DNA of 64,000 nucleotides from Comamonas sp. Lineage in GTDB: Bacteria > Pseudomonadota > Gammaproteobacteria > Burkholderiales > Burkholderiaceae_C. The first letter of the stretch is position 1. Every line of letters starts with the position of its first letter. The notes under the pieces were generated by a model. The model was not told the DNA's origin and searched no databases. It was given only the letters and a program-made list of their open reading frames with translations. Made by a program: the position numbers and the translations under genes. Shown here one piece after another: positions 38,612-48,203 of this stretch. The stretch covers positions 2,045 through 66,044 of the forward strand of contig NZ_JAVWWA010000017.1 in assembly GCF_036666375.1 (NCBI RefSeq), written 5' to 3'.

Positions 38612-39196
38612 TCAGCCCTGCTTTCTGAGCCAGTTCGCGACTGCCAGCGGGTAGATCGCGTGCTCCTGCACCAGCACGCGCGCGGCCAGCGTCTGCGCCG
38701 TGTCATCCGGCAGCACCGGCACCACGGCCTGCTCCAGGATGGGGCCTACGTCCAGCTCGGCCGTGACTTCATGCACCGTGGCGCCGGCAAACTTGCAGCC
38801 CGCGTCGATCGCGCGCTGGTGCGTGTGCAGGCCGGTGAAGGCCGGCAGCAGCGAAGGATGGATGTTGACCAGCCGGCCCGCATAATGGTTCACGAAGCCT
38901 GGTGTCAGAATGCGCATGAAGCCGGCCAGCACCACCAGCGCGGGCTGGTACTGGTCTATGACTTCGCTCAGGCGCGCGTCGAACGCTTCGCGGCTCGCAA
39001 AGGTCTTGTGGTCGAGCACGTCGGTGGCAATGCCATGCTGACGCGCAAATTCCAGGCCCTTGGCGTCGGCCTTGTTGCTGATGACCGCGGCGACGCGCGC
39101 GTTCAAGGTCCGGGCCCAGTCCTGTTGCCGGGCGGTCTGCACGATGGCTGCCATGTTGGAGCCGCCGCCAGAGATCAAAATCACGATGTTTTTCAT
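38612..39196 (-). CDS. purN: Phosphoribosylglycinamide formyltransferase
   Basis: [36 protein letters not shown]. Confidence 0.97.
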   Translation of the reverse strand: MKNIVILISGGGSNMAAIVQTARQQDWARTLNARVAAVISNKADAKGLEFARQHGIATDVLDHKTFASREAFDARLSEVIDQYQPALVVLAGFMRILTPGFVNHYAGRLVNIHPSLLPAFTGLHTHQRAIDAGCKFAGATVHEVTAELDVGPILEQAVVPVLPDDTAQTLAARVLVQEHAIYPLAVANWLRKQG

Positions 39197-39216
39197 TGCC
39201 ACCGATTGTCTCATCC

Positions 39217-39903
39217 ATGCCCTTTGACCCACGCTCCACCCCGTTGAATCCCGTCCAGGCGCGCGTGCTTGCCACGCTGATGGAAAAGGCCCGCACGGTT
39301 CCCGACAGCTATCCGCTGTCCATCAATGCCCTGGTCAACGGCTGCAACCAGAAAAGCAGCCGCGATCCCGTCATGGAACTCGATGAAGGCGATGTGCAGC
39401 AGGCGCTCGACGATCTGCTGCGCCAGAGCCTGGTGACGCCCGTGAGCGGCAACCGCACCCAGCGCTGGGAGCACAACTTCCCGCGCGGCGTGGGCGTGCC
39501 CGAGCAGTCGGCGGTGCTGCTGTCGCTGCTGCTGCTGCGCGGCCCGCAGACCGCGGCCGAGCTGCGGCTGAACGCCGAGCGCTGGCACCGCTTTGCCGAT
39601 ATTTCCTCGGTCGAGGCCTTTCTCGATGAACTGCAGGAGCGCAGCGAGGAAAAAGGCGGCCCGCTGGTGGTGCTGCTGCCGCGTGCGCCGGGCGCGCGCG
39701 AGCCGCGCTGGGCAACGCTGCTCAGCGGCCCCATCGATCTGTCGGCCCTGCCCGCGGCGCCGGCCGCGCGCGCTGCGACCAGCAGCGCAGCCGAGCAGCG
39801 CATTGCGGCGCTAGAAGCGCGCGTGGAGCAGCTCGAAGCGCAACTCCATGCGCTGTGCCAGCAGCTGGGCGTGGAGCCGACGTCCGCACCGACGCAGGAT
39901 TGA
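39217..39903 (+). CDS. YceH/DUF480 family protein
   Basis: [51 protein letters not shown]. Confidence 0.92.
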   Translation: MPFDPRSTPLNPVQARVLATLMEKARTVPDSYPLSINALVNGCNQKSSRDPVMELDEGDVQQALDDLLRQSLVTPVSGNRTQRWEHNFPRGVGVPEQSAVLLSLLLLRGPQTAAELRLNAERWHRFADISSVEAFLDELQERSEEKGGPLVVLLPRAPGAREPRWATLLSGPIDLSALPAAPAARAATSSAAEQRIAALEARVEQLEAQLHALCQQLGVEPTSAPTQD

Positions 39904-39998
39904 GCAGCGCGCGACAAGCCCGGCGCCGGGTGTCCCGCTGCGGACAGCACAAAAAAGCACGGGCGTGCTACAAATCTCCCATCACAGGAGACTGACGC

Positions 39999-41180
39999 AT
40001 GGATCTCGCATTCACCCCTGAAGAGCAGGCCTTCCGCGAAGAGATTCGCGCCTGGGTCCGCAGCAATCTTCCCGAGGACATCGCGCACAAGGTGCGCAAC
40101 GCTTTGAGGCTGTCGCGCGACGACCTGCAGCGCTGGGCCAAGATACTGGGCAGCCGCGGCTGGCTGGGCCATGGCTGGCCCACGGCCTTCGGCGGTCCGG
40201 GCTGGACCGCGGTGCAAAAGCATCTGTTCGAGGAAGAATGCGCGCTGGCCTGTGCGCCGCGCGTGATTCCCTTCGGCCCGGTGATGGTTGCGCCGGTGAT
40301 CATGGCTTTCGGCAATGCCGAGCAGCAGCAGCGCTTTCTGCCGGGCATCGCCAGCGGCGAAGTCTGGTGGAGCCAGGGCTACAGCGAGCCGGGCTCGGGC
40401 TCGGACCTGGCGTCGGTCAAGACCCGCGCCGAACGCCAGGGCGACCACTATCTGGTCAACGGCCAGAAGACCTGGACGACGCTGGGCCAGTACGGCGAAT
40501 GGATCTTCTGCCTGGTGCGCACCAGCACCGAGGGCAAGCCGCAGACCGGCATTTCCTTCCTGCTGATCGACATGAAATCGCCGGGCGTGAGCGTGCGCCC
40601 GATCAAGCTGCTGGACGGCGAATGCGAAGTCAACGAAGTCTTCTTCGACGACGTCAAGGTGCCGGTCGAGAACCTGATTGGCGAGGAGAACCAGGGCTGG
40701 ACCTATGCCAAGCACCTGCTGTCGCACGAGCGCACCAACATTGCCGACGTGAACCGCTCCAAGCGCGAGCTCGAGCGCCTCAAGCGCATTGCCAAGGCCG
40801 AAGGCGTCTGGGAAGACCAGCGCTTTCGCGACCAGATCGCGCTGCTCGAAATCGATGTGATCGCGCTGGAAATGATGGTGCTGCGCGTGCTCTCGGCCGA
40901 GACCTCGGGCAAGAACCCGCTCGATATCGCGGGCCTGCTGAAGATCAAGGGCAGCGAGATCCAGCAGCGCTACAGCGAGCTGATGATGCTGGCCGCGGGC
41001 CCGTTCAGCCTGCCGTTCATCGAGGAAGCGATGGAAGCCGGCTGGCAGGGCGACTTCCCCGGCGGCGAAGCGGCCAACGCGCCGCTGGCCTCGACCTACT
41101 TCAACATGCGCAAGACCACCATCTATGGCGGCAGCAATGAAGTCCAGCGCAATATCGTCGCTCAAACAGTGTTCGGCTGA
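39999..41180 (+). CDS. Acyl-CoA dehydrogenase, large subunit (PimC-like)
   Basis: WSQGYSEPGSGSDLAS, NGQKTWTT, IYGGSNEVQRNI. Confidence 0.93.
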   Translation: MDLAFTPEEQAFREEIRAWVRSNLPEDIAHKVRNALRLSRDDLQRWAKILGSRGWLGHGWPTAFGGPGWTAVQKHLFEEECALACAPRVIPFGPVMVAPVIMAFGNAEQQQRFLPGIASGEVWWSQGYSEPGSGSDLASVKTRAERQGDHYLVNGQKTWTTLGQYGEWIFCLVRTSTEGKPQTGISFLLIDMKSPGVSVRPIKLLDGECEVNEVFFDDVKVPVENLIGEENQGWTYAKHLLSHERTNIADVNRSKRELERLKRIAKAEGVWEDQRFRDQIALLEIDVIALEMMVLRVLSAETSGKNPLDIAGLLKIKGSEIQQRYSELMMLAAGPFSLPFIEEAMEAGWQGDFPGGEAANAPLASTYFNMRKTTIYGGSNEVQRNIVAQTVFG

Positions 41181-41189
41181 GGAGACATC

Positions 41190-42305
41190 ATGGATTTCAA
41201 TTTTTCCGAAGACCAGCAGCAACTGCGCGACGCCGTGCGCCGCTGGGTGAGCAAGGCCTATACCTTCGAGCGCCGGCGTGAAATCGTGGCCGAAGGCGGC
41301 TTTTCACGCGCCGCCTACAACGAGCTTGCCGAGCTGGGCCTGACGGCGCTGGCCGTGCCCGAAGCCCATGGCGGCCTGGGCCAGGGCCCGATCGACGTGA
41401 TGGTGGCAATGGAAGAACTGGGCCGCGGCATCGTGCTGGAGCCGCTGGCCCAGGCCGTGGTCGCCAGCGCCGTGCTGAGCCAGTACGCGCCGGCCGACGC
41501 CCAGGCGCAGTGGCTGCCGAAGATCGCCGGCGGCGAAGCGCTGGTGGTGCTGGCCCACCAGGAGCGCAAGGCGCGCCATCGTCTCGACGTCTGCAGCGCC
41601 ACGGCAACCGCCAGCGGCAGCGGCCATGTGGTCAACGCGCACAAGAGCCTGGTGCCCGTGGGCGACCATGCCGACGCTTTCCTCGTGCCCGCACAGCTCA
41701 ACGGCCAGATCGCGCTGTTCCTGGTGGAGCGCGGCGCCAGCGGCGTGGCGCTGCGCGGCTATGGCACACAGGACGGCAGCCGCGCAGCCGAGCTGCAGTG
41801 CACAAACACACCGGCCACGCTGCTGACCCAGCATGGCCTCACGGCGCTGACGCTGGCCTCCGATGTGGCCAATGCCGCTCTGTGTGCCGAAGCCGTGGGC
41901 GCGATGGAGCAGACGCTGCACATCACCGTCGACTACATGAACCAGCGCAAGCAGTTCGGCGTGGTGATCGCGAGCTTCCAGGCGCTGCGCCATCGCGTTG
42001 CCGACATGAAGATGCAGCTCGAGCTCGCACGTTCGATGAGCTATTACGCGAGCCTGAAGATGACCGCTCCGGCCGCCGAGCGCCACCTGGCGATGGCGCG
42101 CGCGCGCGTGCAGCTGGGCCAGGCGATGCGCTTCGTGGGTCAGCAGGCGGTGCAGCTGCACGGCGGCATAGGCGTGACCGACGAATACATCGTGAGCCAC
42201 TACTTCAAGCGCCTGACCCAGCTGGAAATGACGTTCGGCGACAGCCTGCACCATCTGGGCGAAGTCTCGGCGGGAATGCAGGAGACGGCCGGCGTGTTTG
42301 CCTAG
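41190..42305 (+). CDS. Acyl-CoA dehydrogenase, small subunit (PimD-like)
   Basis: RKQFGVVIASFQALRHR, QLHGGIGVTDE; lacks the SEPxxGSD and GGxxE motifs. Confidence 0.9.
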   Translation: MDFNFSEDQQQLRDAVRRWVSKAYTFERRREIVAEGGFSRAAYNELAELGLTALAVPEAHGGLGQGPIDVMVAMEELGRGIVLEPLAQAVVASAVLSQYAPADAQAQWLPKIAGGEALVVLAHQERKARHRLDVCSATATASGSGHVVNAHKSLVPVGDHADAFLVPAQLNGQIALFLVERGASGVALRGYGTQDGSRAAELQCTNTPATLLTQHGLTALTLASDVANAALCAEAVGAMEQTLHITVDYMNQRKQFGVVIASFQALRHRVADMKMQLELARSMSYYASLKMTAPAAERHLAMARARVQLGQAMRFVGQQAVQLHGGIGVTDEYIVSHYFKRLTQLEMTFGDSLHHLGEVSAGMQETAGVFA

Positions 42306-42437
42306 CCTGTGTCTGCACGCTGGCGCGCCGCCTGCGTGGGCGGGCGCCAGCGTGCACACCATGCCGTGCTAATGTTTCGGCATGACCAAACCACTTCTTT
42401 CCCTGTCGTTCAAGCCGGGACGCAGCGCTTGCCACCC

Positions 42438-43049
42438 ATGAGCACCGTTCCCCTTGGCTATACCGACGTCGCTGCCGGCCATGTGGCCAGCGTTGTCACC
42501 GATCTCGAAATGCGCGCCCGCCCCGCGCCCGCCGATCACGCTCTGCCCCCAGGGTTCGCGCTCGCGCCGCTGGCGCATGGCAGCCTCGATGCCTACCGCG
42601 CGCTGTTTCGCAAGGTCGGCGCCGACTGGCTCTGGTACTCGCGGCTGTTCATGGCCGACGACGAACTGGCCGGCATTCTGAACGACCCCGATGTCGTGGT
42701 GCGCATCGTTCGCCGCGACGATGAAGACGTGGGTCTGCTGGAACTCGATTTCCGCACGCCGCTCGCCTGCGAGCTGAGCTTTCTGGGCCTCACGCCCGAG
42801 TGCACCGGCCAAGGCCTGGGCCGCGCGCTGATGCAGCAGGCGATTGCGCTGGCCTGGTCGCGCCCCATCGAGCGCATGTGGGTCCATACCTGCACCTACG
42901 ACCACCCTTCGGCGCTGCGCTTCTATATCAACGCCGGCTTCACCCCCTATGCGGTGCGCATCGAAGTGCAGGCCGACCCCCGTCTCACAGGCCATCTGCC
43001 GGCCGGGGCCGCGCCGCAGGTGCCGATCATCGGCGCGCTCGCCGGGTAG
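42438..43049 (+). CDS. GNAT family N-acetyltransferase
   Basis: VVTDLEM, FLGLTPECTGQGLGRAL, WVHTCTYDHPSALRFY. Confidence 0.88.
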   Translation: MSTVPLGYTDVAAGHVASVVTDLEMRARPAPADHALPPGFALAPLAHGSLDAYRALFRKVGADWLWYSRLFMADDELAGILNDPDVVVRIVRRDDEDVGLLELDFRTPLACELSFLGLTPECTGQGLGRALMQQAIALAWSRPIERMWVHTCTYDHPSALRFYINAGFTPYAVRIEVQADPRLTGHLPAGAAPQVPIIGALAG

Positions 43050-43074
43050 CGCTTGAAGCGCGCAGGCCGCGGCC

Positions 43075-44022
43075 TCAGGTCAGCAGATAGTTGACCGGGC
43101 GCAGCGGCTCGGGAATGTCGGGGGCGTTCAAGGCGTCGAGCAGCGTGATCTCTATGCCGCGGCAGATCGTGTCCAGCGGCAGGTCGTTGCTTTCCATGCC
43201 GAACGGCTCTTCGAGTTCATCGCCCAGCGCGTCGAGGCCGAAGAACGTGTAGGCGACGATGGCGACGACGAACGGCGTCATGAAGCCCGTGATGTCGACC
43301 AGGCCGAACGGCAGCAGGAAGCAATACATATAGGCCGTGCGATGCAGCAGCAGCGCATAGGAAAACGGCATGGGCGTGTGGCGTATGCGTTCGCACGAGG
43401 CCGCGGCGCCCAGCATCTCGGTCAGCGTGGTGTCGAAGCGCGTCGCCAGGCAGGGGTCGATCTCGCCGCGGCGCACGCAGTCGCCCAGCTCCTGGCCCAT
43501 GGTCATCATCAGCGCATCGGCGCGCCGGCCCACGGGCTTGCGCCGCAGCGCCTGCCACTCCTCGGCCGTGAGCCAGCGCTGCAGGTCGTCGGTTTGCGGC
43601 TGGTCGCGCAGTTGCAGGCGCAGCGCATGCGCGTAGGCGATAGCGCGGTGGATCATGCGCACGCGCACGTCGCTGTCGCGCCGGCCGGCATCAACGGCTT
43701 GCGGCAGGCGTATCAGGCCCAGGCACTGGCGCGCGAGCGTGCGCGTCTGTATCACCATCTCGCCCCAGAGCTTGCGCCCTTCCCAGTAGCGGTCGTAGGC
43801 GGTGTTGTTGCGAAAACCCAGGAAGATCGCCAGCGGCAGGCCGATCAGCGTGAAGGGAATCGGCGTCAGCGTGATCTTCACGGAAAACAGACTGCCGTGG
43901 GCCAGCGTCACGAGAATGGCCAGCAGCGTGTTGATGGCCAGGGACAGGCGAATGCGCTGCAACACAGAGCCCCGCAAGATGAGGAAAAGCCGGAAGCCGG
44001 CCGGGCGCTCGCGAACGATCAT
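43075..44022 (-). CDS. Bestrophin family channel (YneE-like)
   Basis: FLGFRNNTAYDRYWEGRKLWG, CERIRHTPMPFSY, ELEEPFG...NDLPL. Confidence 0.93.
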   Translation of the reverse strand: MIVRERPAGFRLFLILRGSVLQRIRLSLAINTLLAILVTLAHGSLFSVKITLTPIPFTLIGLPLAIFLGFRNNTAYDRYWEGRKLWGEMVIQTRTLARQCLGLIRLPQAVDAGRRDSDVRVRMIHRAIAYAHALRLQLRDQPQTDDLQRWLTAEEWQALRRKPVGRRADALMMTMGQELGDCVRRGEIDPCLATRFDTTLTEMLGAAASCERIRHTPMPFSYALLLHRTAYMYCFLLPFGLVDITGFMTPFVVAIVAYTFFGLDALGDELEEPFGMESNDLPLDTICRGIEITLLDALNAPDIPEPLRPVNYLLT

Positions 44023-44207
44023 TGCGGGGGGTGCAGTCTGGAAAAAACGGATACTAGAATGCAATTTCCGACGGGCACGCCTTCGGCATTTTTTGCATAG
44101 CCGGGCATTATTGAGCAGAGCACAAGGCCATGCGCGCTTCTCTGGATAGAGATGGCGCGGCCTGCGCATGCTCTGCGGCACAGGTCACTTCACGGACAGG
44201 ACGCGCA

Positions 44208-44843
44208 ATGGGAATGGAAAATTCGGCCTTGAAGCATTTATCCGCGCTGACCTTGTTCTGCCTGATTGCCCTGGCGATCTCGTCGCTCAATCCGTTCGAC
44301 CGCACCACCTGGTGGCTGGAAGTCGCGCCCGTGCTGATTGCGCTGCCGATGCTCTGGGCCACGCGCAGGCGTTTCCCGCTCACCCCCCTGCTCTATGCCT
44401 GCATAGGCCTGCATGCGCTGGTGCTGATCGTCGGCGGCACCTATTCCTATGCGCGCGTGCCGTTCGGCTTCGAGCTGCAGTCGTGGCTCGATCTGTCGCG
44501 CAACCCCTACGACAAGATAGGCCACTTTGCCCAGGGCTTCATACCGGCGCTGGTGGCGCGCGAGATCCTGCTGCGCGGCGGCTATGTCCAGGGCAGGAAG
44601 ATGCTGGCCTTTGTGGTCGTCTGCATCGTGCTGGCCATCAGCGCCAGCTACGAGCTGATCGAATGGGCCGCGGCGCTGGCGCTGGGCCAGGGCGCGGACG
44701 AATTCCTGGGCACGCAGGGCGATCCCTGGGACACGCAATCGGACATGGCGTTTGCCCTGCTGGGCGCGCTGGCCGCGCTGCTGACGCTGGCGCGCTGGCA
44801 GGACCGGCAGATCGCGCGGCTGGCCGCGCCGCGCCGCGGCTAG
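44208..44843 (+). CDS. DUF2238 (YjdF-like) inner membrane protein
   Basis: TWWLEVAP, GGTYSYARVP, RNPYDKIGHF, YELIEW, FLGTQGDPWDTQSDM. Confidence 0.92.
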   Translation: MGMENSALKHLSALTLFCLIALAISSLNPFDRTTWWLEVAPVLIALPMLWATRRRFPLTPLLYACIGLHALVLIVGGTYSYARVPFGFELQSWLDLSRNPYDKIGHFAQGFIPALVAREILLRGGYVQGRKMLAFVVVCIVLAISASYELIEWAAALALGQGADEFLGTQGDPWDTQSDMAFALLGALAALLTLARWQDRQIARLAAPRRG

Positions 44844-45973
44844 CGCCCGGCCTTCCTGCGCCCCAGCCACAGCACGGCCAGCCAGCTGCACAGCGCCAAC
44901 GCCAGCAGCACGCTCAAATACCAGAGCGCGGCCTGCAGCGGAGCGCCGGCCTGGTTCAGCCGCAGCGAAGCCTGTATGCCCGCCGTGCTGGGCGACAGCC
45001 AGCGCAGCCATTGCAGTGCGGTGGGCAGGGCTTCGGCCGGCCAGCTGAAGCCGCCCACGAAGGCCAGCGGAATCGAGGTGAACAGAATCACCTGCATCGC
45101 GCGCTCGCGGCTCGCGAACCACCAGCCCAGCAGCGCCGACAGCCCCACGACCGCGGGGACGAAGACCGCGAGCAGCGCCAGGGCGCCCAGCGGATTGCCG
45201 CCGCGCGGGAAGTCGTGCCAGACGAAGATCCAGCCGAAGTAGTACAGGCCCGACAGCCAGCCTATCAGGCACAGCGCGAGCAGCCGGCCCAGCCAGACCG
45301 ATGCCGGCGCCGCGGCCTCGCCGCGCTCGCGCCAGGTGCCGACCAGCAGCGCGCCGCCCATCAGCAGGGTCTGCTGCAGTATCAGCACCGCGACCGCCGC
45401 GACCACGAAGCTGCCGTAGCCTTCGGTGGGATTGAACAGCGCCTGCAGCTGCAGGTTGACCGGCGACCGGCTGCTTGCGGCCTGCAGGCTGCTCTGCCCG
45501 CTGGCGCCGAGGCGCTTGAGCTCTATGCCCGCCGAAACCGTGCCCACGGCTTCGGCAAAGCCGTACTGCACCTGCTTGGCGACCAGCGGATAGGCACCGT
45601 TCGCATAGACCGGCACCACGACCTTCTCGCTGCGCACCACCTTGCGCTTGAAGTCGGGGGGCAGCACCGCATAGCCCATGACCTCGCCGCGCAGCAGCGC
45701 CTGCTGGGCCGCGGCTTCATCGCCGGTCACCAGCGTCACGGCGATGCGCGGACTGGCCTGGGCAAAGCGCAGCGTCTGGCGCGCCAGGCCGCTGCCGTCC
45801 AGCTGCACCACGGCGACCGGAACGCGCTGCACCACTTCATCGGCGTAGAACCAGGGATAGAAGAAACCGTAAAGCACGGGCGCGCCGACCAGCAGCAGCA
45901 GCACGCCGACATCGCCGAACGCCGCGCGCAGCGTGCCGGTCAGGCTGCGGACAAAGGAGGATTGGCGCGCCAT
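44840..45973 (-). CDS. ABC-2 type permease (YbhR-like)
   Basis: N-terminal TM, periplasmic VAVVQLDGS domain, FNPTEGYGSF, GGFSWP. Confidence 0.9.
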   Translation of the reverse strand: MARQSSFVRSLTGTLRAAFGDVGVLLLLVGAPVLYGFFYPWFYADEVVQRVPVAVVQLDGSGLARQTLRFAQASPRIAVTLVTGDEAAAQQALLRGEVMGYAVLPPDFKRKVVRSEKVVVPVYANGAYPLVAKQVQYGFAEAVGTVSAGIELKRLGASGQSSLQAASSRSPVNLQLQALFNPTEGYGSFVVAAVAVLILQQTLLMGGALLVGTWRERGEAAAPASVWLGRLLALCLIGWLSGLYYFGWIFVWHDFPRGGNPLGALALLAVFVPAVVGLSALLGWWFASRERAMQVILFTSIPLAFVGGFSWPAEALPTALQWLRWLSPSTAGIQASLRLNQAGAPLQAALWYLSVLLALALCSWLAVLWLGRRKAGR

Positions 45974-45975
45974 GT

Positions 45976-47169
45976 TCAGCGCCCGCCCCACTTGTCGGGA
46001 CTGCGCAGGCCCCTGGCCAGGCCAGCCGTCGCCAGCAGCAACAGCACCAGCGTGGCCAGCGCCAGCGAACACACGATGGGCAGGCTCTGCACCACGGGCG
46101 CGCCCATCTGGAACTGCTCGATCTGCAGCCGCGCATAGTGGGTGTAGGGCATGGAGACCGCCCAGCCGCGCGCCGAGGCCGGCATGGCCAGCAGCGGAAA
46201 GCCCACGCCGCTGAACGCGAACGCGGGCGCCGACAGCAGGCCCGCGCCCGACAGCGCGGTGCGCAGCGACAGCGTCAGCGCGGCCAGCAGCGCGCCCGCG
46301 GCCAGGCTCACGGCGACCAGCGCCGCCAGGCCCAGGCCGACCCACGCCAGGCTGCCGGCCACGGCCCAGCCGCGCCCCAGCGTAAGCCACAGCAAGCCTG
46401 TCCAGCCGCAGGCGCTCAGGCTCAGCCAGGGAAGAACCAGCTTGCCCGTCAGCGCGCCCAGCAGCACCGACCAGCCCGCGGTCCGCGGGCCCGCGGCCGC
46501 CTGCAGCCAGTCGCCCAGCGTGCGGTCGCGCAGCTCGCGCCCCACCGACCAGGCGCCCGCGGTCATCGCGAGGATATGCAGCAGCGCCGGAATCAGCGCC
46601 GCAGCGAGGAACTGCTCGTAATTGGTCGAGATGTTGAACAAGGACACCAGATTGGTCTGCACCGGCTCCATGCGCACGCGCAGCACCTGCTGCGGGTCGC
46701 CGCGCTTGGCGCGCGCCTGCATCTCTATGCCCGCCGACAGCACGCCGACCACCTGGCGCAGGTCGCGCTGTATCAGGCTCGAATGCGTGGCGAGCTGGGC
46801 GTTGTGCAGCAGCACCACATTGGCCGCGTGGCCGCGCTTCACAGCGCGCGCGAAGCCCGGCGGAATCTGCACCACGGCATAGGATGCCATGGACTGCAGC
46901 TCCCATTGCGCCTCGGACGCATTGAGCGCCTGCGAGCGCACCGCCAGCCCCGGCGTCGCCTCCAGAAAGCGCACCAGCTGGCGCGAGACGCTGCTGTGGT
47001 CCTGGTCCCAAACGGTGATCGGCAGCCGCTGCGGCAGACCCGCCGAGAAGATCCAGGCCAGCAGCAGCACCGACAGCAGCGGCACCCAGCTGATCATGGC
47101 CAGGTCCCAGGGACGCGCGCGCAGCAGCCTTGCTTCGCGCCGCAGGCTGGCAAGCAGCGGGCCCATCAT
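45976..47169 (-). CDS. ABC-2 type permease (YbhS-like)
   Basis: LPITVWDQDHSSVSR, FNISTNYEQF, FSGVGFP. Confidence 0.9.
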   Translation of the reverse strand: MMGPLLASLRREARLLRARPWDLAMISWVPLLSVLLLAWIFSAGLPQRLPITVWDQDHSSVSRQLVRFLEATPGLAVRSQALNASEAQWELQSMASYAVVQIPPGFARAVKRGHAANVVLLHNAQLATHSSLIQRDLRQVVGVLSAGIEMQARAKRGDPQQVLRVRMEPVQTNLVSLFNISTNYEQFLAAALIPALLHILAMTAGAWSVGRELRDRTLGDWLQAAAGPRTAGWSVLLGALTGKLVLPWLSLSACGWTGLLWLTLGRGWAVAGSLAWVGLGLAALVAVSLAAGALLAALTLSLRTALSGAGLLSAPAFAFSGVGFPLLAMPASARGWAVSMPYTHYARLQIEQFQMGAPVVQSLPIVCSLALATLVLLLLATAGLARGLRSPDKWGGR

Positions 47170-47174
47170 CCGCC

Positions 47175-48203
47175 TCAGCGGCTTTCCTCGACCACGACAC
47201 TCATGCCCGGGCGCGCGCCTTCAATGGGCGCGGCAGGCCGGGCGCGCACCTCGAACGTGCGCGCGTCGAAACCCTGGCCGGCGCGCGTCGCGCGCCAGGT
47301 CGCGAAGTCGGGCAGCACGCCCAGGTAGAACACCTCGAACTCGGCCTGACGGTTGTCCAGCGCCGGCAGGCGCGCCGAGAAGCGGCTGCCCTGGGCGAAG
47401 CGCGCCAGATGGTCTTCGCGCACGTTCAGAACCACCCACTGGTCGCTCAGATCGACCACGGTGACCAGGGCCACGCCCTGCGGCGACAGCTCGCCTTCCT
47501 TGGCCAGTATCTGGCCGACTTCGCCGCCCACGGGGCTGCGCAGCTGCGTCTCGGCGCTGGCCGCCTCGACTTCCGCGACCACTCCCTGCACCTGGCGCGC
47601 CTGGGCCTGGGCGGCGCTCTTGTCCTCGGTGCGCGCGCCGGACGCGGACATGTCGAACTGCGCCTTGGCGGCCAGCGCCTGGTCACGCGAGGCGCGGTGG
47701 TTGGCAAAGGCCTCGTCGCGCTTTTGCGCCGCGACCAGGCCCTGGTCGTAGAGGCTTTGCACGCGCCTGTAGGACGTCTCGGCCAGCTCGGCCGCGGCCT
47801 GGGCGCGCTGCCAGCTCAGGCGCGCCATCTGCACTTCCTGCGGCCGGGCACCGGCCTGGGCCTTGTCGGCCACGGCCTGGGCCGCGTCGCGCGCGGCTTC
47901 GGCCTGGGCCAGCTTGGCACGCACTTCGGGGCTGTCGAGTTCGATCAGCAGGTCGCCGGGCTGGATCTTCTGGCCGTCCTTGACCAGCACCTTGGAGATG
48001 CGCGCCGTGACCTTGGAGGCGATGTCCGACTCGCGCGCTTCCATCTGCCCCTGGAAATACAGCGGCGCGGGCTGGGCCGCGCGCCAGAACCCCCAGGCAA
48101 TCAGCAGCACCACCAGCAGCACCAGCACGACGGCCAGCACGGGACGCTTGGCGCGCGACGCCGCAGGCGCCGGAGATTGGGGTTCGGATGGAGTAGAGGT
48201 CAT
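47175..48203 (-). CDS. HlyD family periplasmic adaptor
   Basis: N-terminal TM anchor, ASKVTARISKVLV lipoyl half, coiled coil, RSPVGGEV, ATWRATR, RPGMSV. Confidence 0.92.
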   Translation of the reverse strand: MTSTPSEPQSPAPAASRAKRPVLAVVLVLLVVLLIAWGFWRAAQPAPLYFQGQMEARESDIASKVTARISKVLVKDGQKIQPGDLLIELDSPEVRAKLAQAEAARDAAQAVADKAQAGARPQEVQMARLSWQRAQAAAELAETSYRRVQSLYDQGLVAAQKRDEAFANHRASRDQALAAKAQFDMSASGARTEDKSAAQAQARQVQGVVAEVEAASAETQLRSPVGGEVGQILAKEGELSPQGVALVTVVDLSDQWVVLNVREDHLARFAQGSRFSARLPALDNRQAEFEVFYLGVLPDFATWRATRAGQGFDARTFEVRARPAAPIEGARPGMSVVVEESR

